IMG/VR virus record: IMGVR_UViG_3300023107_000008
Location: 1 to 36,026 of that record
From: a virus
Lineage: Duplodnaviria; Caudoviricetes
Strand: one strand, 5' to 3'
Length of the DNA: 36,026 bases
Position numbers and translations under genes: made by a program. The notes under the pieces were generated by a model. That model was given only the letters and a program-made list of their open reading frames with translations, was not told where the DNA came from and made no database searches. Positions within the stretch are counted from its first letter, which is position 1; every line of letters starts with the position of its first letter. Positions 34,378 through 36,026 of this stretch are shown here, in pieces.

Positions 34378-34932
34378 CTAATGCGAGTAGCTATCAATGG
34401 CTTGTTTTGCTTCAGCGACAGTATGGAAATAGCCAACTTGGTATCTCTTGCCATTTATAGTTTTACGAGCAGACCATTTATTAACTATCTTTGACCAGTG
34501 TACGCCCGTGACACCGCTCTTGCTTCTCGATTGCACTCTTTTATTTAACTGTTGCTCGGAGTCAGTAGCCCATCTAACGTTACCTGGTATATATCCTTTA
34601 TCATTATCTATACGATCAATGGAGTACTTACCTTCTGGCTTCTTGCCTATATGTAAATAGAAAGCCATAAAATCATTGATCCATTTCTTAGATATAGTTA
34701 TTCCTCTACCCGCATACTCCTCATAGTCTTTGTTATTTGGGTTAAGGCAACGGCTTTTAATTTTACACCATGTATCATACTCGGCCGTATGCCTCATGCC
34801 ATGCTTAGTATTTCCTTTTGCGAGACTACCTTTTGGCTGATTATTGTACCAGATCATATAGTGGTGTCTGCACATGCCATGTCTCAAGTACTTCTCTTTA
34901 TTGTGGCATTGGGGATAAGTGCAGTTACTCAT
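34378..34932 (-). CDS. HNH endonuclease with C-terminal AP2 DNA-binding domain (free-standing homing endonuclease)
   Basis: SIDRIDNDKGY.PGNVRWAT; SGVTGVHW...W.AR...G.F...EA; likely start MSNC at 34932. Confidence 0.9.
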   Translation of the reverse strand: MSNCTYPQCHNKEKYLRHGMCRHHYMIWYNNQPKGSLAKGNTKHGMRHTAEYDTWCKIKSRCLNPNNKDYEEYAGRGITISKKWINDFMAFYLHIGKKPEGKYSIDRIDNDKGYIPGNVRWATDSEQQLNKRVQSRSKSGVTGVHWSKIVNKWSARKTINGKRYQVGYFHTVAEAKQAIDSYSH

Positions 34933-34946
34933 ATCTCCATCATAAC

Positions 34947-34975
34947 AAAAAAGAAAGGGCATTACTACCCTTTCT
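34947..34975 (-). terminator. Terminator after major capsid gene
   Basis: AGAAAGGG/CCCTTTCT stem plus T-run. Confidence 0.85.
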
Positions 34976-34996
34976 AATTGCCTTTGTACTAATCTA

Positions 34997-36026
34997 CTAG
35001 GATGCAGATGTACGAAGTCTCACGAAGGCCGCAGGGAGGGGGAATCCAACCGCTTCCCAGATTTCAGTTCGCATAGCAAGCTTATTCTCTTGGATAAGGT
35101 TGTGAACCACTGAACCACCGTCTGTAACAGTACCGCTATCGAACACTGCTGTGTCGATTGCACCTTGGCGAACCAAGAAACCGTACTCAGCAAAGTTACC
35201 GAAGATAGCGTGAACAGTTGAAACTGCATCTGTAGTACCAAGTAGCTCAGATACAACGAATGGATAACCATTGAATGTACCAGTAAGAGTACCGCCGTTA
35301 GAACTGTTCAATGTTACGATAGGCTGACCAGTCGTATCTTCACGAGTTGCAAGGCTAGCAAGCAACAGACGAGAGAAGATATATAGACCACCGTTACCTG
35401 AAGCAGTAGGAACTGAGAATGGCATTCTCTTAATATCAGCCAATGGGATCAAAGCAACCGTTGTCTTACCTGAAGTAGTAGTACCACCTGCGTTAAGAAC
35501 AGTTACGCCTGAGAGGGTAACAAGGCCGCTTGTTGCATCAGTGATGATAAGAGCTTCACGCTGCTTAGCAATCGCACGAGCGAATGAGTCACGAAGCAGT
35601 GCATAAACATCAATTGCTGATTGTTTAAGAAGCTTCTTAGTCATTAATGCGATACCAGCGAACTCACGAACAGCAATGTTGGTTTTCTGTAGAGCAGGTT
35701 TAGTAACCGTCTTAGAACCACCTTCAGTACCGACCTCAGTCATGATTACATCTGTAATAAGAGCGTCGATGTCGATGCTGTTACCGTCAGTCAATGTAAT
35801 TGTACGAAGGATACCTGCAACTGGACTGTACTTAGGCAATAGACTTAAGATATCACCAAGCAATTCAGCGTTAGGAACAAGAACACCACCATCTGCGGCT
35901 GTACCAGCATTTAGGTAAGTAGCTTTCTCAACAAGACCAGCTTTTGCAAGAGTCTTAAGGGCATGAGCGTTCATTTCACCGAGTTCTTTGTGATGACCAC
36001 TAAGAGCAGCGATCATTTGCTTAGTC
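34997..36026 (-). CDS. Major capsid protein (HK97 fold), 5' truncated
   Basis: ADGGVLVP, EG..K, D..G.PI, G...GYP, IFGNF; upstream of adaptor genes. Confidence 0.92.
   Translation of the reverse strand, partial: TKQMIAALSGHHKELGEMNAHALKTLAKAGLVEKATYLNAGTAADGGVLVPNAELLGDILSLLPKYSPVAGILRTITLTDGNSIDIDALITDVIMTEVGTEGGSKTVTKPALQKTNIAVREFAGIALMTKKLLKQSAIDVYALLRDSFARAIAKQREALIITDATSGLVTLSGVTVLNAGGTTTSGKTTVALIPLADIKRMPFSVPTASGNGGLYIFSRLLLASLATREDTTGQPIVTLNSSNGGTLTGTFNGYPFVVSELLGTTDAVSTVHAIFGNFAEYGFLVRQGAIDTAVFDSGTVTDGGSVVHNLIQENKLAMRTEIWEAVGFPLPAAFVRLRTSAS

Larger units (their letters stand above)
1..36026. mobile_element. Tailed phage genome, near complete and circularly permuted
   Basis: TerS/TerL, portal, HK97-type capsid, neck, tail tube, chaperone, tape measure, tail tip, lysis and recombination genes in canonical order; no host housekeeping genes. 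Confidence 0.97.

Noticed and set aside
225-35918. Numerous plus-strand or nested short ORFs in the track (e.g. 225-650, 4649-4966, 12003-12401, 26365-26700)
   Set aside because: Antisense shadows of clear genes or of structured elements
1-36026. Stop-codon reassignment, DGR or retron
   Set aside because: Long genes are intact in the standard code and end in TAA, TAG and TGA; no reverse transcriptase or template/variable repeat pair seen

Overview
Most of the genome of a tailed dsDNA phage with a siphovirus-type gene set, circularly permuted. The window starts inside a head-region gene and ends inside the major capsid gene, so the prohead protease/scaffold probably lies in the missing gap. 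Almost everything is on the minus strand. Early genes (Sak/Rad52-like annealase, YqaJ-like exonuclease, SSB, KGG protein, ClpP, NinG, transglycosylase, methyltransferase, many small ORFs) run into terS-terL-portal/MuF. The capsid, neck, tail and lysis genes run toward a short plus-strand island (17.9-20.4 kb) holding a putative replication initiator/origin and envelope proteins. I recognised no integrase, CI-type repressor locus, polymerase, primase, helicase, tRNA or CRISPR array. The KGG protein and gene style suggest a Saccharibacteria (CPR/TM7) host, which is inference. The most striking signals are non-coding: (i) two paralogous structured RNAs with covarying stems, an identical 51-bp 3' end and a 6S-like promoter-mimic geometry, flanking the putative replication gene; (ii) about seven more structured RNA candidates, several built as tandem promoter-RNA-terminator cassettes, one exposing CCUUUCC, the complement of the phage's GGAAAGG ribosome-binding motif; (iii) a pseudoknot-stimulated -1 frameshift that would fuse a membrane anchor to a lytic transglycosylase; (iv) two promoter classes, sigma70 early promoters with a shared spacer motif and a TGnTACCCTA late motif that often sits in leaderless position. 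All structures were folded by eye and all protein calls come from motif recognition, not database searches.
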